From: Macrostomum lignano
Taxonomy: Eukaryota
DNA length: 64,000 nt
NCBI GenBank assembly: GCA_002269645.1
Contig: NIVC01002192.1
Coordinates: 1-64,000 of the forward strand
Direction: 5' to 3'
The notes under the pieces: generated by a model
Told to the model about the DNA's origin: nothing
Seen by the model: only the letters and a program-made list of their open reading frames with translations
The model's database searches: none
In this document: positions 11,710-24,837 of the stretch, one piece after another
Layout of the letters: each line of letters starts with the position of its first letter
Position numbering within the stretch: position 1 is the first letter of the stretch
Position numbers and translations under genes: made by a program

Positions 11710-12031
11710 TCAGGTTCATCTGCCCTTCATGTCTGTGTTAACTCTGTCGAGCCTAATCTTTAGTACAACTCACTCAGGTTCATCTGCCCTTCATGTCTGT
11801 GTTAACTCTGTCGAGCCTAATCTTTAGTACAACTCACTCAGGTTCATCTGCCCTTCATGTCTGTGTTAACTCTGTCGAGCCTAATCTTTAGTACAACTCA
11901 CTCAGGTTCATCTGCCCTTCATGTCTGTGTTAACTCTGTCGAGCCTAATCTTTAGTACAACTCACTCAGGTTCATCTGCCCTTCATGTCTGTGTTAACTC
12001 TGTCGAGCCTAATCTTCAGTACAACTCACTT
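11710..12031. repeat. 64-bp tandem repeat, 5 near-identical copies
   Basis: caggttcatc recurs at 11711, 11775, 11839, 11903 and 11967 with no spacers. Confidence 0.95.
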
Positions 12032-12268
12032 CAGTCTTCCACTCGGCTGCCTTCTGATTGATTTATCACCTCGTCCCTCTTGGGTTATCACCTCTTCTCT
12101 AGTTAAGATGAAAACATCGAGAATAAACATGAAATACGAGAGCATGCCAAACGCAAAAGAAGTCAAATGCATTCTGCGGCCTCATATTGAAAGCCTTGCT
12201 CTCTTCTTCACCTAAAAGTGTCTTTTTCACCTTGCATTTCACCTCAACGACTCTTCTCATGCCCGCAG

Positions 12269-12556
12269 CTGGATGCCAGCGCGCTGGACTGCAAGCTGGC
12301 CAGGCAGCTGCATCAGCTGGCCAGCGGACTGGCGCAGCTTCGCCGGACAGCCGCCAGTCTCTCCAGCCAGCAACGGCAGCTGCTGCTCGGCGACTTCGAC
12401 GCGGAAGAAGACGGCAGCAGCCTCGAAGGGGACGATGCTGGAAACAGCAGCAGCATCGACGATGATCGAGAGGCCAGCGAGCCGGAGTCGAGCAAGGAGA
12501 GCTCGCCGAAGATGGCAGCCAATGCCAGCAGCTCAAGCAGCTCTGGTGGCAGCTAA
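12269..12556 (+). CDS. Putative terminal coding exon (coiled-coil-like, then acidic/Ser-rich tail) of an unidentified gene
   Basis: A pyrimidine tract and gcccgcag acceptor at 12268 precede the GC3-rich frame LDASALDCKLARQLHQLASGLAQLRR...SSGGS-TAA. Upstream exons not resolved. Confidence 0.5.
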   Translation: MDASALDCKLARQLHQLASGLAQLRRTAASLSSQQRQLLLGDFDAEEDGSSLEGDDAGNSSSIDDDREASEPESSKESSPKMAANASSSSSSGGS

Positions 12557-14501
12557 GATGAAACTCCTAAAAGGAACGAAAACCATAAGCAGCAAGCCTC
12601 CAGTACAATATTCCGGCGTCCACCAAGGTTTCCGACGTACCCCGCGACTCGTAGAGGTCTGTGGCAAATGGTGCACTTTTAAAATCACGCAGGTAACGCT
12701 GACGTACAAAAAACTTTTTTACTTTTACTGATGTCACAAACCATTTGTTTTTACCCCGTCTTAAGTAATTATTACCAACGCCTGCTGAGCGTCGTCCTAA
12801 TTTAAAAGTACACATTTACCATCGATGCCGGATTCCTGTACGGACCGGTTGCTTTTGTGCACCTGGATGGCTCTTATTTGCATATCGTAAACCTGTATAA
12901 TGTGTTAATTAGTTTAATTTTAGCGTAAAAACAACCCATTTTTCTTGACTATGTGGTTAAATGGCTTCAGCTAGTAAAAGTCCAATTTGCGCTATCGTGT
13001 TTGTCAGCCGCTCCAGCCTATTGCGCCTGAACTGCCTTTCATTTGCATGATTAAATGCACATTTGCGGAAATTTTGCGGGTCTCAAACTTGAGCAGTCGA
13101 TAGACTCGATACGAGCTTAGTTGTGCCTGTTCTTCTGTCGGTGTTTTACAGCATACGTGTAATTAATCACTTCTTTATACATGCCAGGAACAAAATGCGG
13201 CAAGAGGTTATCAGATCAGCATAAATTAGCATGCGTGAAATTGGCTGTGTCAAACAGGAAAGATACTGAAGTCTGCATTTACACCTATGATTCCACAACA
13301 ATTACCACATGCAAGTATAGACGTCGACTTGTAGGTTGTAGGCAAGTCTACAACTCTAGATAGATACAGCAAATAACAAATGCATGGGTTTGGCCTTCTA
13401 AAACCTTTGATCTGAGGCTTTCCGGGGCTGAGCGCTCTGGCCTCCAAACTCCTGTCAGATGGATTGCTACCAGTAGCTACATGTAAGAGAAGACAGCGAG
13501 AGACAAGCAGGGAGAATTATTAGAAACAGGTTGAAACCAGCTAATCCAGAGATTAAGCTAATCCGTTGCCACCAACCCATGCGAACTGGCTCCCCAAACC
13601 TCACTAAAAAAGCCTTTATGTACTTGCACGCTTTGGCTTGAAATGTTTCGACTCGTCCAGCAGATACGAGCGTAGCGCTGATGCAGAACTATCGGAGCCT
13701 TTAAGCGACTAACTCGATCTAATCCTACCGCTTCGCTAAAGTACATGCCTTCAATCCACTGCAATCTTCGCCTCAATATAGCCCGCCGCCCACCTCAGCT
13801 TTCCTCCTAAATTTACAATTTCTTCAAACTGAGTCGGGGAAAATACTCTGCAAAAGTGAAAACTTTCCAGCTACCTGAAAAAAGATTGTCGGACAAATTG
13901 TGCACCCGATTGAAAGTCTCTCGCTAACCAATCAGGGTGTCAAGCTGCCGCGGTGACCGGGAAGTCCACAATGACCGAGACAACCAGACAGGGTGCTGCT
14001 CTTATGTGACGACTGACGTGCATGTACATGTAGATTCTGGGAGTCTAGAGCCTGGAGCTATGGGGGCGTTTCGACCCAAGCGCTTCGTCCGGTGGGTCCG
14101 GTGGGTACCGGAGCCGATTAGCAGGAGCGTAACCCGAAGCGGAGACCAATATGCTATATTTATGGTTAAATAGAGGTTGCCGCTGTTGACTTTTAGTGCG
14201 TTTTTATTTAGTTGGAATGGTGAAAATAATGCCGTTAGTTGCGCTCTTTTGAATAGTCTCCCAGCGGCCGATTTGTTCTACCAAGCGTCGAATTTTTTCG
14301 GGGAAAGGGAAAGAGTCTTTTTGCGATTTGCTATATTGCCCATCTACCAGTTGCCATGCACGCAATTAAACACTAGGTGGATGGCTGCCATGCATATGAT
14401 TAAAATACTAGGTGGACGGCTGCCATATGTATGCAATTTAAACATTATGTGGATAGTAAGAAAATAAACGTCAACACAAACATAAAAAGTAAACTTTGTT
14501 T

Positions 14502-14551
14502 AATTCTAGCCAACGCGTTTCGTCAAACACTAGACGTCGTCAGGGCAAATT
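14502..14551 (-). ncRNA. Minimal type I hammerhead ribozyme motif in the 3' pseudo-LTR (element sense)
   Basis: Read on the minus strand: gcc-CTGACGA-c-gtc(tagtgttt)gac-GAAAC-gc-GTT-ggc. This gives the catalytic core, stem II, a palindromic stem III (aacgcgtt) and a short stem I, as is typical of Penelope pLTR hammerheads. Confidence 0.7.
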
Positions 14552-15460
14552 CACTCAACCTAAGATCATACCACCAATATATTTAAGCAAAAATCACTGT
14601 ACAATCCAGAGGCGGGTCAAGTCAGTCCGGTAGAATCAAGAAAGTGCCAAGTACACAACAAAGTGAGAGAGAAAAAAAAAATAAATAGGCACGGCTCTGC
14701 TCACAGTACTCTCAGCTCACTCTCCACCCCATTGCCAGCAAGCTGCACATTCAGGTTGGGTTTGTGCATTCTGATATACGAAGCTTCGATAATCTTAAGC
14801 TTATGGTCAAATTTGCACCCATCCAGCACTTTAAAGAGCTGAATCGGTTCACCATCACAGCATTTTTTACAAACAAGCAGATGGTTCATTAATCGCAGAG
14901 CTTTTTAGCCAATGTTCCCTAGCTCTAGTGTGCAGGTGTCGCTTCGTTTTTCCAATATAGGAAACGCTCTGATCCTCAGAGCAGCGAAATTGGTAAACAA
15001 CACCAGCCCTTAGAGCAAGTGGAACAGCTGACTTGAGCCTGCTAGCATAGCGACCGATCTTTTCGGTGCGAAACACAATCCTAACGGTGCACTTAAGCCA
15101 TTTGCTAAACGTTTTCTCAAGTTTTTTCCTGAAGTCAAGCGAAGCGTTGCCAAAAAAGGGAGAACCAACAGAGCGTCCCAAGAATCTATCTCCGGTTGCC
15201 TGGGTCTCGCATCGCTGGAAAATTTCTTGGTGACAAACGTATTGATAATACGGCTGACAAAACTGAGAGGGTAACCGTTAGATCTAAGGATTTGAGCTGA
15301 GAGTACTGTGAGCAGAGCCGTGCCTATTTATTATTTTTTTCTCTCTCACTTTGTTGTGTACTTGGCACTTTCTAAATTCTACCGGACTGATTTGACCCGC
15401 CTCTGGATTGTACAGTGATTTTTGCTTAAATATATTGGTGGTATGATCTTAGGTTGAGTG

Positions 15461-15510
15461 AATTTGCCCTGACGACGTCTAGTGTTTGACGAAACGCGTT
15501 GGCTAGAATT
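15461..15510 (+). ncRNA. Minimal type I hammerhead ribozyme motif in the inverted pseudo-LTR copy
   Basis: CTGACGA at 15469-15475, GAAA at 15491-15494, putative GUU cleavage triplet at 15498-15500. Identical to the minus-strand copy. Confidence 0.7.
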
Positions 15511-17135
15511 AAACAAAGTTTACTTTTTATGTTTGTGTTGACGTTTATTTTCTTACTATTTGTTCGACGAGCGACACTTCCACAATTATGTGGATAGCTG
15601 CCATACACACAATTTAAATACTGAGTAGATGGCTGTTGTGCATGCAAGCTCTCCAAAAAATATTGTAACTTACTTAGTCATATAAGTAGTTATATAGTTA
15701 ATAAGTTATATATAGATTTTGGCGCTATTTCAGAAGAATGCAAAAAATCGCTATTTTTGGAGTTTTTAGATTTAATGATAATTTTTCATATGATAAAGTT
15801 CTTTGAGAAATAAGCTTTTATTTGACACCAAAAAATGCATGCTAATTAGGTTAATTAATAATTAATGAAGGACCTTTTTTGTAATTTATGCAATTGGTTG
15901 GTGCCCAAAAATAAGTAGGGCCTAACTTAAAAAATTAAAATTCGCGTAAAATAATTTTTTCTGCTTTATAAAATACTTTAGGATTTTTATTCACCCTGCA
16001 TACTAAAAAAATTTTCTCCCACGTGCCAAAAATAAAGACAGCTAATTTAATTCTAGTAATTATACATTTTTTATAATATTTTATTTGATCAATGTTTTCT
16101 AAGAAACCAATGCTACTTAAATTTACGCTTATTTTTTTTTCATTTTTTTTTCACCCGTCTCTCTTTTCTTTGCATTGCCTAGAAATTAAGACAAAGAACT
16201 ATTTTCGCTAGATTTATTTTTTTGTATCAAAAACATTCTAGGCAATAAAATGTGCTTGTATGTAAAATTTTAGGCTTATATTTCCAATATGGACAAAATA
16301 ATGAATTTTTGCACTGTACTGAAATTAGACCTAGATTTCTAGGGGCTTATACAACTATATACAATAAAACATCTAGAACAAGTAAGTGCCCCAAATTAGT
16401 ATAGATTGAGAAAATAAGTATACAATATTGTCTATGACATTTTTACGATTTGAACTTATATTTATAACTGTCAATAGTAAGTAGGTTGTATTTTGGACTT
16501 TACATAATATATAGGTACACTGAAAATTCTGTTATATAGAGGGACCTAGAGTATACCTCACACTCTGGATCATGTAGTATATACCCAAAAATTTGGGCTT
16601 GCATTGGCCTTGCACCCCAAAAGTAGGTATGCACAGACACAGTTGGCATGCATCACTTCTAAGAAAATAATGTGCATGCACTTGGTGTGCACTTTGCAAA
16701 ATCATACAGAAGAGTTATTGTGAAGTAGAAAAAATATGAAAAAAGTTCATTTTTAAGTGTCTTGGATTTTTAAGCTTATAATAAAGCATTTAAACAAATC
16801 TTTGCATGTATAGATTTTCTGCTATAAATGTATTGTCAAAAAAGCAAAAAAAATCAATCAAATTATTTTCCAAATAGGGTCTACCATGCAATAAAAAAAT
16901 GGTCATTTTTTCTCACAGTGTAAAAAGGGTCATTTATTGTTGTAACTCTAGCAAAGTAATTGCCAGTAAAGTAAAAGATTATCCATAAATTGTAGACTGA
17001 TTAAAAGTTGATATGACAAATGCTACCAATTGATTCTATCTAAATATCTATTGAAATTATGCATTGTTTGACTAGCATATGACAAGAATTTTTAGTAACA
17101 AAAAATAAAATTCATCTCATTTTTGCAGCAACCAC

Positions 17136-20100
17136 ATGAGCAATAAAAAGTTTCAAGAATTCATAAAACAGCTGGATGGCCTCTGGGAGGTAAGCTAGAA
17201 CTACTCATTGTCTAAGTGCTGCATATTATATTAATTCTGGGATCAGCAGCCAACTGTAACTCCCCATCTGCTTGCAGATTAACAAAGTGAAGTTCAAAGA
17301 GGAGTTTGTCAGCACTGAGGCAAAGAGTGGCCTGCATCAATTTGAGTAAGTCGCTGCCTTGAGTAAGTCAGTGAGACACTGAAGTTAATCAATGTAGTTA
17401 TTAAGTGTTTTGCTATTATTTTTGCATCACTAATAAGATGATGAGGCATTTGCATTATCTGACGATGAGTATAGTTACTCTTGCCATTTACCCAAAGCAT
17501 TGGTAGCATACGAGCGTATTTTATAAGCAATTATCTGCACTATTGTGCACTGCTCAAAATTGGTGGTTTGGATCATTACTGCTATCTGTCTTTTTAACAC
17601 CATTCTTGCCTTTTAATAAGATTCAGAAAGAATTCCCATGCAGCCTTCGGTTGATCTTCTCATTAGCCTCCATCATCATGCCTCTATCATATAATCCTCA
17701 TCATATTTATGCCCATGTATCTCCATCATATCTATGCCCATGTATCCCTATCATATTTATGCCCATGTATCCCCATCATATCTATGCCCATGTATCCCCA
17801 TCATATCTATGCCCATGTATCTCCATCATATCTATGCCCATGTATCCCCATCATATTTATGCCCATGTATCCCCATCATATCTATGCCCATGTATCCCCA
17901 TCATATCTATGCCCATGTATCCCCATCATATCTATGCCCATGTATCCCCATCATATCTATGCCCATGTATCTCCATCATATCTATGCCCATGTATCCCCA
18001 TCATATTTATGCCCATGTATCCCCATCATATCTATGCCCATGTATCCCCATCATATCTATGCCCATGTATCCCCATCATATCTATGCCCATGTATCCCCA
18101 TCATATTTATGCCCATGTATCCCCATCATATCTATGCCCATGTATCCCCATCATATCTATGCCCATGTATCTCCATCATATTTATGCCCATGTATCCCCA
18201 TCATATCTATGCCCATGTATCCCCATCATATCTATGCCCATGTATCCCAATCATATCTATGCCCATGTATCTCCATCATATCTATGCCCATGTATCCCCA
18301 TCATATTTATGCCCATGTATCCCCATCATATCTATGCCCATGTATCCCCATCATATCTATGCCCATGTATCTCCATCATATCTATGCCCATGTATCCCCA
18401 TCATATTTATGCCCATGTATCCCCATCATATCTATGCCCATGTATCCCAATCATATCTATGCCCATGTATCCCAATCATATCTATGCCCATGTATCTCCA
18501 TCATATCTATGCCCATGTATCTCCATCATATCTATGCCCATGTATCTCCATCATATCTATGCCCATGTATCCCCACCATATCTATGCCCATGTATCTCCA
18601 TCATATCTATGCCCATGTATCTCCATCATATCTATGCCCATGTATCCCCACCATATCTTTCCCCATTTATCCCCATCATATATCCCTATCATGATTTATC
18701 CCCATCATATACCTCCATCACATATATCCAATCACATATCCCCACATCATCATGTATCTCCCCCTCTCATCGCAGGCACCTGAAGGACCCCGACTGGCGC
18801 GTGAGTTTCCGCGAGACTCCGTCGGGCTGGTCGGTGCAGTGGTTCCCGCCGGACGGCGACTCCGACGAGGCCCGGGGCGCGCCGCCGACGGGCTCGGAGC
18901 TGTGCCGCCTGTTCGAGCTCACCCAGCTCGACCTGGAGGAGGCCGGCCCCGAGGTGGTCCGCGGCCGGGCCAAATTCGCGGCCGTCTTTTCCAGCGCCGA
19001 CCGCGAGGTGTCCGCGCCGGCCAAGTTCATCTGCGAGAAGAAGACCGGCCGGCAGCTGCCTAAGAAGCTGCGGTTCCAGTTCGGCTCGCTGCAGATCACC
19101 AAGGTGAGCAACCTGTGCACCACGTCTCCGCCTCACTGGGTTGCTGGGACCCAGCCTCATGGGTCACATAGTGGGATTTCCCCAGCCTCTATGAGTCACG
19201 GAGGGGTATTTCCCCAGCCTCTATGAGTCACGGGGTGGTATTTCCCCAGCCTCTGAGTCACGGAGGGGTATTTCCCCAGCCTCTATGAGTCACGGGGTGG
19301 TATTTCCCCAGCCTCTGAGTCACGGAGTGGTATTTCCCCAGCCTCTGAGTCACGGAGTGGTATTTCCCCAGCCTCTATGAGTCACGGAGTGGTATTTCCC
19401 CAGCCTCTATGAGTCACGGAGTAAGGATTTCCCCAGCATGGCTATGAGTTACGGAGTAAGGATTTCCCCAGCCTCTATGAGTCACGGAGTGGTATTTCCC
19501 AGCCTCTATGAGTCACGTAGTGGGATTTCCCAGCCTCTATGAGTCACGTAGTGGGATTTCCCAGCCTCTATGAGTCACGTAGTGGGATTTCCCAGCCTCT
19601 ATGAGTCACGTAGTGGGATTTCCCAGCCTCTATGAGTCACGGCGTGGGATTTCCCCAGCCTCTAGGGAAATACGGAGTGGGATTTCCCCAGCATGGCTAT
19701 GAGTCACGGAGTGGGATTTTCCCAGCCTCTATGAGTCACGGAGCCTTCCATACCCAAGCCACCGTCAGTAATCAGAGTTTTTCACCGCTACTCGTGAGTA
19801 GCCTGTTGCGAACTTGTACTTTAAACCTTACAAATTTCGATTCTTTCGCCCACCCCGCCTGCCCTTAGCTGAGCCGCTGCCTTCCCGCCTACAGCGACTG
19901 TGCGGTGTCGCTTCTGCCGCTGCTGGAGGAGCGGTTCCGCTGCGACCTCACCCTGCGCGGCTCAGACGGCAGCGAGTTCAGTTGCCATGGCGACGTGATC
20001 CGCCTCGTTGCCGGGGACGCCGCCCTGGCTTGGCTGCAGCAGCCGCCCGGCCGCGACCCGCAGCTGCTGCGCGTCTTCCTGCATTTCTGCTACGCCGCCG

Positions 20101-23100
20101 CTCTGCCGCAGGGCCTCGGCGCCGAGGAGTCTCGCGAGCTGATGGAGCTGGCCCAGCCTCTTGCCTGCCCTGCCTTCCGAGCGGCTCTAAAGCGGCACCT
20201 GCGGCGGGCCGGAAGCAGCGCCCGCGTGGCCAGGGAGCTGCAGGCTACTGAGACTGCGCTGGCCCGCCACATCGATGTGAGAGGGCTGCCGTTGATACCC
20301 CTGCTTGTCTGTTTTGGTCACTGGATCCCCCCTTGAGCCAGTTAGTCACTGGATCCGCCCCCCCTGAGCCAGTTAGTCACTGGAATCCGCCCCCCTGAGC
20401 CAGTCACTGGATTCGCCCCCTGAGCCAGTCACTGGATCCGCCCCCTGAGCCAGTCACTGGATCCGCCCCCTGAGCCAGTTAGTCACTGGGATCCGCTCCC
20501 CTGAGCCAGTTAGTCACTGGGATCCGCCCCCCTGAGCCAGTCACTGGATCCGCCCCCTGAGCCAGTTAGTCACTGGATCCGCCCGCTGAGCCAGTTAGTC
20601 ACTGGATCCGCCCCCTGAGCCAGTTAGTCACTGGATCCGCCCCCTGAGCCAGTTAGTCACTGGGATCCGCCCCCCTGAGCCAGTCACTGGATCCGCCCCC
20701 TGAGCCAGTCACTGGATCCGCCCCCTGAGCCAGTTAGTCACTGGGATCCGCCCCCCTGAGCCAGTTAGTCACTGGGATCCGCCCCCTGAGCCAGTTAGTC
20801 ACTGGGATCCGCCCCCTGAGCCAGTTAGTCACTGGATCCGCCCCCTGAGCCAGTTAGTCACTGAATCCGCCCCCTGAGCCAGTTAGTCACTGAATCCGCC
20901 CCCTGAGCCAGTTAGTCACTGAATCCGCCCCCTGAGCCAGTTAGTCACTGAATCCGCCCCCTGAGCCAGTTAGTCACTGAATCCGCCCCCTGAGCCAGTT
21001 AGTCACTGAATCCGCCCCCTGAGCCAGTTAGTCACTGAATCCGCCCCCTGAGCCAGTTAGTCACTGAATCCGCCCCCTGAGCCAGTTAGTCACTAAATCC
21101 GCCCCCTGAGCCAGTTAGTCACTGAATCCGCCCCCTGAGCCAGTTAGTCACTGGATCCGCCCCCTGAGCCAGTTAGTCACTGAATCCGCCCCCTGAGCCA
21201 GTTAGTCACTGAATCCGCCCCCTGAGCCAGTTAGTCACTAAATCCACCCCCTGAGCCAGTTAGTCACTGAATCCGCCCCCTGAGCCAGTTAGTCACTGAA
21301 TCCGCCCCTTGAGCCAGTTAGTCACCGGATCTGCCCCCCATCCGCCCCAGGACCTGCGGGACCCGTTCTCGCTGGCAGCAGAGCCGGGCCGCCTGGCCGG
21401 CCAGCTGGAGACCTTCCTGCGCGACTGCCTGGCCGCGGCCGCCCGCCTGCTGCTGTGCGCGGCCCTGTACGAGTCCATGCCTGGCGCTGAGCGGTCGCGG
21501 GTGCAGCAGCTGTTCCGGGACCGGGCCGGCCGTCTGGCCGAGTCGCAGGCGCAGCTGCTCCACCGGCTGCACTCGGCGATGCGGGCGGTACCGGCCGAGC
21601 GGCGGGCCGAGCTGAGCCAGCTGTGCCTGGACCGGATGGAGCCGCTGGTCTCCGGGCTGCCGGAGTGCGCGCTGCAGCTTGCGGACCTGCTGAGCTCCGG
21701 CTGCCGGCAGGGCCTCCTGAGCGGCGGCGGGGTGCTGCTGTTCAAGGACTGGCGGGCGCTGCTGTCCGCGCCTAAAAAGTGAGCACCTTTTGCAGTCAGG
21801 AGTTGGCTTGAATACCGTTAGCTGCAGTACCTTTATGGGGCTCAAGGGAGTTTTGAAATTATTGTAAAGAATCTGCTCTCAATAGAATTTCAGTAGCGTC
21901 TCGCTACTACTATTAGTAGTTTCCTGCCTGGCATTTTAACCCCCTCTCAAACCCGCCGGCTGCAGGTGCTCCACCCTCCGCACCCAGCTGGAGGCCATGC
22001 GCTCCGAGTACCGCCAGGCCGGGCCCGAGCGCCTGTCCGAGCTGTTCGACCACCTGCTGGCCGAGCTGGCCGGCCTGGACAACCGGCAGCGGCCGTCAGG
22101 TGGCGGCGCCAGCGGCGGTTTTCGCGTCTCCGCCCGCTGGGAAAAGCGGGCCAAGAAGGCGGCCAGGCGGGCCGGCCTGGCGGTGCGGCTGCTCCGCTCC
22201 GTGCGCGGCGAGCCGGCGGCTGCGGAGTTTTGGCGCCGTCTGGCCGCCTGCCTGCCGCGTGGCTGCCACGAGGCGCTCGGCCTGCTGCGCGAGCTCGCCC
22301 TGCTGCCGCCCGACTTCGCCGCTCCCGACGCCGCCGACTCTGCCGCGGTGGCCGCTTCTGATATGGACGCCGCGGCGGCCTCCGTCTCCGCCGTGTCTCT
22401 GGAGGAGGCCGAGGACGCGTCTGGCGCCTCCGCTTCCGCCACTGCGACTGCCGCTCCTGCCGCTGTTATGCCCAACGAGCTGCAGGTTCGTTTTGATGAC
22501 CCTGCCTTGTTGCTAGGGCCTCTGGATATGAGATTTTTGCTAGGGTCTCTGGATGTGAGAGTGTTGCTAGGGTCTCTGAAAATGAGATTGTTTCCAAGGC
22601 CTCTGGATATTGGATTGTTGCTAGGGACTCTGGATGTGAGATTGTTGCTAGGGTCTCTGGATGTGAGATTGTTGCTAGGGTCTCTGAAAATGGGATTGTT
22701 GCCAAGGCCTCTGAATATTGGATTGTTGCTAGGGTCTCTAGATGTGAGATTGTTGCTAGGGTCTCTGAAAATGGGATTGTTGCCAAGGCCTCTGGATATT
22801 GGATTTTTGCTAGGGCCTCTGGATGTGAGATTGTTGCTAGGGGCTCTAAATGTGAGATTGTTGCTAGGGTCTCTGAAAATGGGATTGTTGCCAAGGCCTC
22901 TGGATATTTGATTGTTGCTAGGGCCTCTGGATGTGAGATTGTTGCTAGGGGCTCTAAATGTGAGATTGTTGCTAGGGGCTCTGGATGTGAGATTGTTGCT
23001 AGGTTCTCTGAAAATGGGATTGTTGCCAAGGCCTCTGGATATTGGATTGTTGCTAGGGCCTCTGGATGTGAGATTGTTGCTATGGGCTCTAAATGTGAGA

Positions 23101-24804
23101 TTGTTGCTAGGGTCTCTATATATGGGATTGTTGCCAAGGCCTCTGAATATTGGATTGTTGCTAGGGTCTCTAGATGTGAGATTGTTGCTAGGGTCTCTGA
23201 AAATGGGATTGTTGCCAAGGCCTCTGGATATTGGATTTTTGCTAGGGCCTCTGGATGTGAGATTGTTGCTAGGGCCTCTAAATGTGAGATTGTTGCTAGG
23301 GTCTCTGAAAATGGGATTGTTGCCAAGGCCTCTGGATATTTGATTGTTGCTAGGGCCTCTGGATGTGAGATTGTTGCTAGGGGCTCTAAATGTGAGATTG
23401 TTGCTAGGGGCTCTGGATGTGAGATTGTTGCTAGGTTCTCTGAAAATGGGATTGTTGCCAAGGCCTCTGGATATTGGATTGTTGCTAGGGCCTCTGGATG
23501 TGAGATTGTTGCTATGGGCTCTAAATGTGAGATTGTTGCTAGGGTCTCTATATATGGGATTGTTGCTAAGGCCTCTGGAAATGGGGTTTCAGCTAAGGAA
23601 CTCTTTAAGTGCCAGGGCATTGTCATTAGGGACATTCGAAAGAGGATCACTATATGGTACTAGAGTGAGGGTTATGAAAGCTGTAGAGGACAATGTTGAT
23701 TTTGAAGCACTAAAAAGAATTGTTTCTAGACAAATTGAATATTACGCTCGTATATCCCGTTCCTCACTCCTCAGCTGTGCCTGACCCGACTGTGGCGCGG
23801 CGAGCTGTCCCAGCCAGCTCCCGACCTGCTGGTGACGACCTGCGACGAGCGCAGCTTCCGCGTGCACTCGCTGGTGCTGGCGGGCCGCTGCCCCTGGATT
23901 CGGCGGGTGCTGCAGTCCGGCATGTGCGAAGCGCTGGAGCGGCACCTGCGGCTGCCGGACTGCGAGGGGCCGCTGGTTGAGCGGCTGCTGGAGTTTCTGT
24001 ACACTGGCGTGCTGCCGGTGGGGGAGGACGCCTCCACGGACTGGCTGGTGCGGCTGGGGATGCCAGGGCTGGACTGGGGAGTTTTCAGCCTCTGGCAGGC
24101 TGCAATAGTGTAACCACTAATAGGATAGTCATACTTGAGCACATTTGGTTGCTAAGGAAGTTTCTAATAGGTTCAAGGGAACCATCCTTGGTTGCTAGGG
24201 ACGACAACCCCTGGTTTCATACAGAGGCGCCGTCCGTGAGTGCTAGAGGTGCCACACTGGTTGCTAGGGACGCACACTGGTTGCTAGGATCGCACTGGTT
24301 GCTAGGGGCGCACACTGGTTGCTAGGGGCGCACACTGGCACACTGGGTCACCACTCTGAGTTCCAGTGCTCTTCAATTAATTGGGGCACACTGAATTGGT
24401 TGCTAGGGCCGCCCCTTGGTTGCTAGGGTCGCCACTCTGTTTAAGATTGCTTGATGCAATGATGGTTGATTTTTGCTGTCCTCAACCGCAGGTGGACATG
24501 CTGCTGCTGGCCGACCGGTTCGAGCTGGAGCGCCTGTCGAAGATCTGCGCCAGCGCCCTGGTGGCCCGGGTCGGCTTCGAGACCGCCGTGCCGCTGCTGG
24601 CGCTGGGCGAGCGGACCGGCCAGGCAGCGCTGATGGATGCCGCCTTCGACTTCCTTCAGCGGAACATCAACGCCGTGTCCGTTGACGATGTGAGTCTGGG
24701 TGCGAGCTGATGGCCGAGTGACAGGCTGATGACCGAGTGACAGGCTGATGGTCGAGTGACAAGTTGATATATAGGAGTGACAGGCTGATGGTCGAGTGAC
24801 GGAT

Positions 24805-24837
<33 letters not shown>

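Larger units (their letters stand above)
14457..15560 (-). mobile_element. 5'-truncated Penelope-like retroelement (GIY-YIG endonuclease end of the ORF) with inverted pseudo-LTRs
   Basis: The minus-strand frame reads LVLPFFG...GVVYQFRCS...SYIGKTKRHLHTRAREH...HLL.C..C...LKIIEASYIRMHKPNLNVQ, with two frameshifts (about 15155 and 14885). Arms 14453-14719 and 15293-15559 are near-identical inverted repeats. attatgtggatag is duplicated at 14444-14456 and 15585-15597 (candidate TSD). Confidence 0.9.

Noticed and set aside
11710-12031. 64-bp (and the 46-bp at 42730-43269) regular repeats as CRISPR arrays
   Set aside because: Head-to-tail identical units with no unique spacers, no cas genes, and a eukaryotic context.
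15660-17100. Very AT-rich block that might be a DNA transposon or foreign insert
   Set aside because: No TIRs, TSD or coding remnant could be identified by eye.
17543-19226. Long MPMYPHHIYAH ORFs of 349-505 aa
   Set aside because: Stop-free 25-bp intronic minisatellite read in all three frames.
22466-23784. LLGPLDVR / EALATISH repeat ORFs resembling LRR or structural proteins
   Set aside because: 24-bp array lying between a valid donor (22486) and acceptor (23774) of the BTB gene.
24195-24430. Repeated GTTGCTAGGG as RFX half-sites in BTB introns
   Set aside because: Only half-sites within repeat units; no complete X-box.
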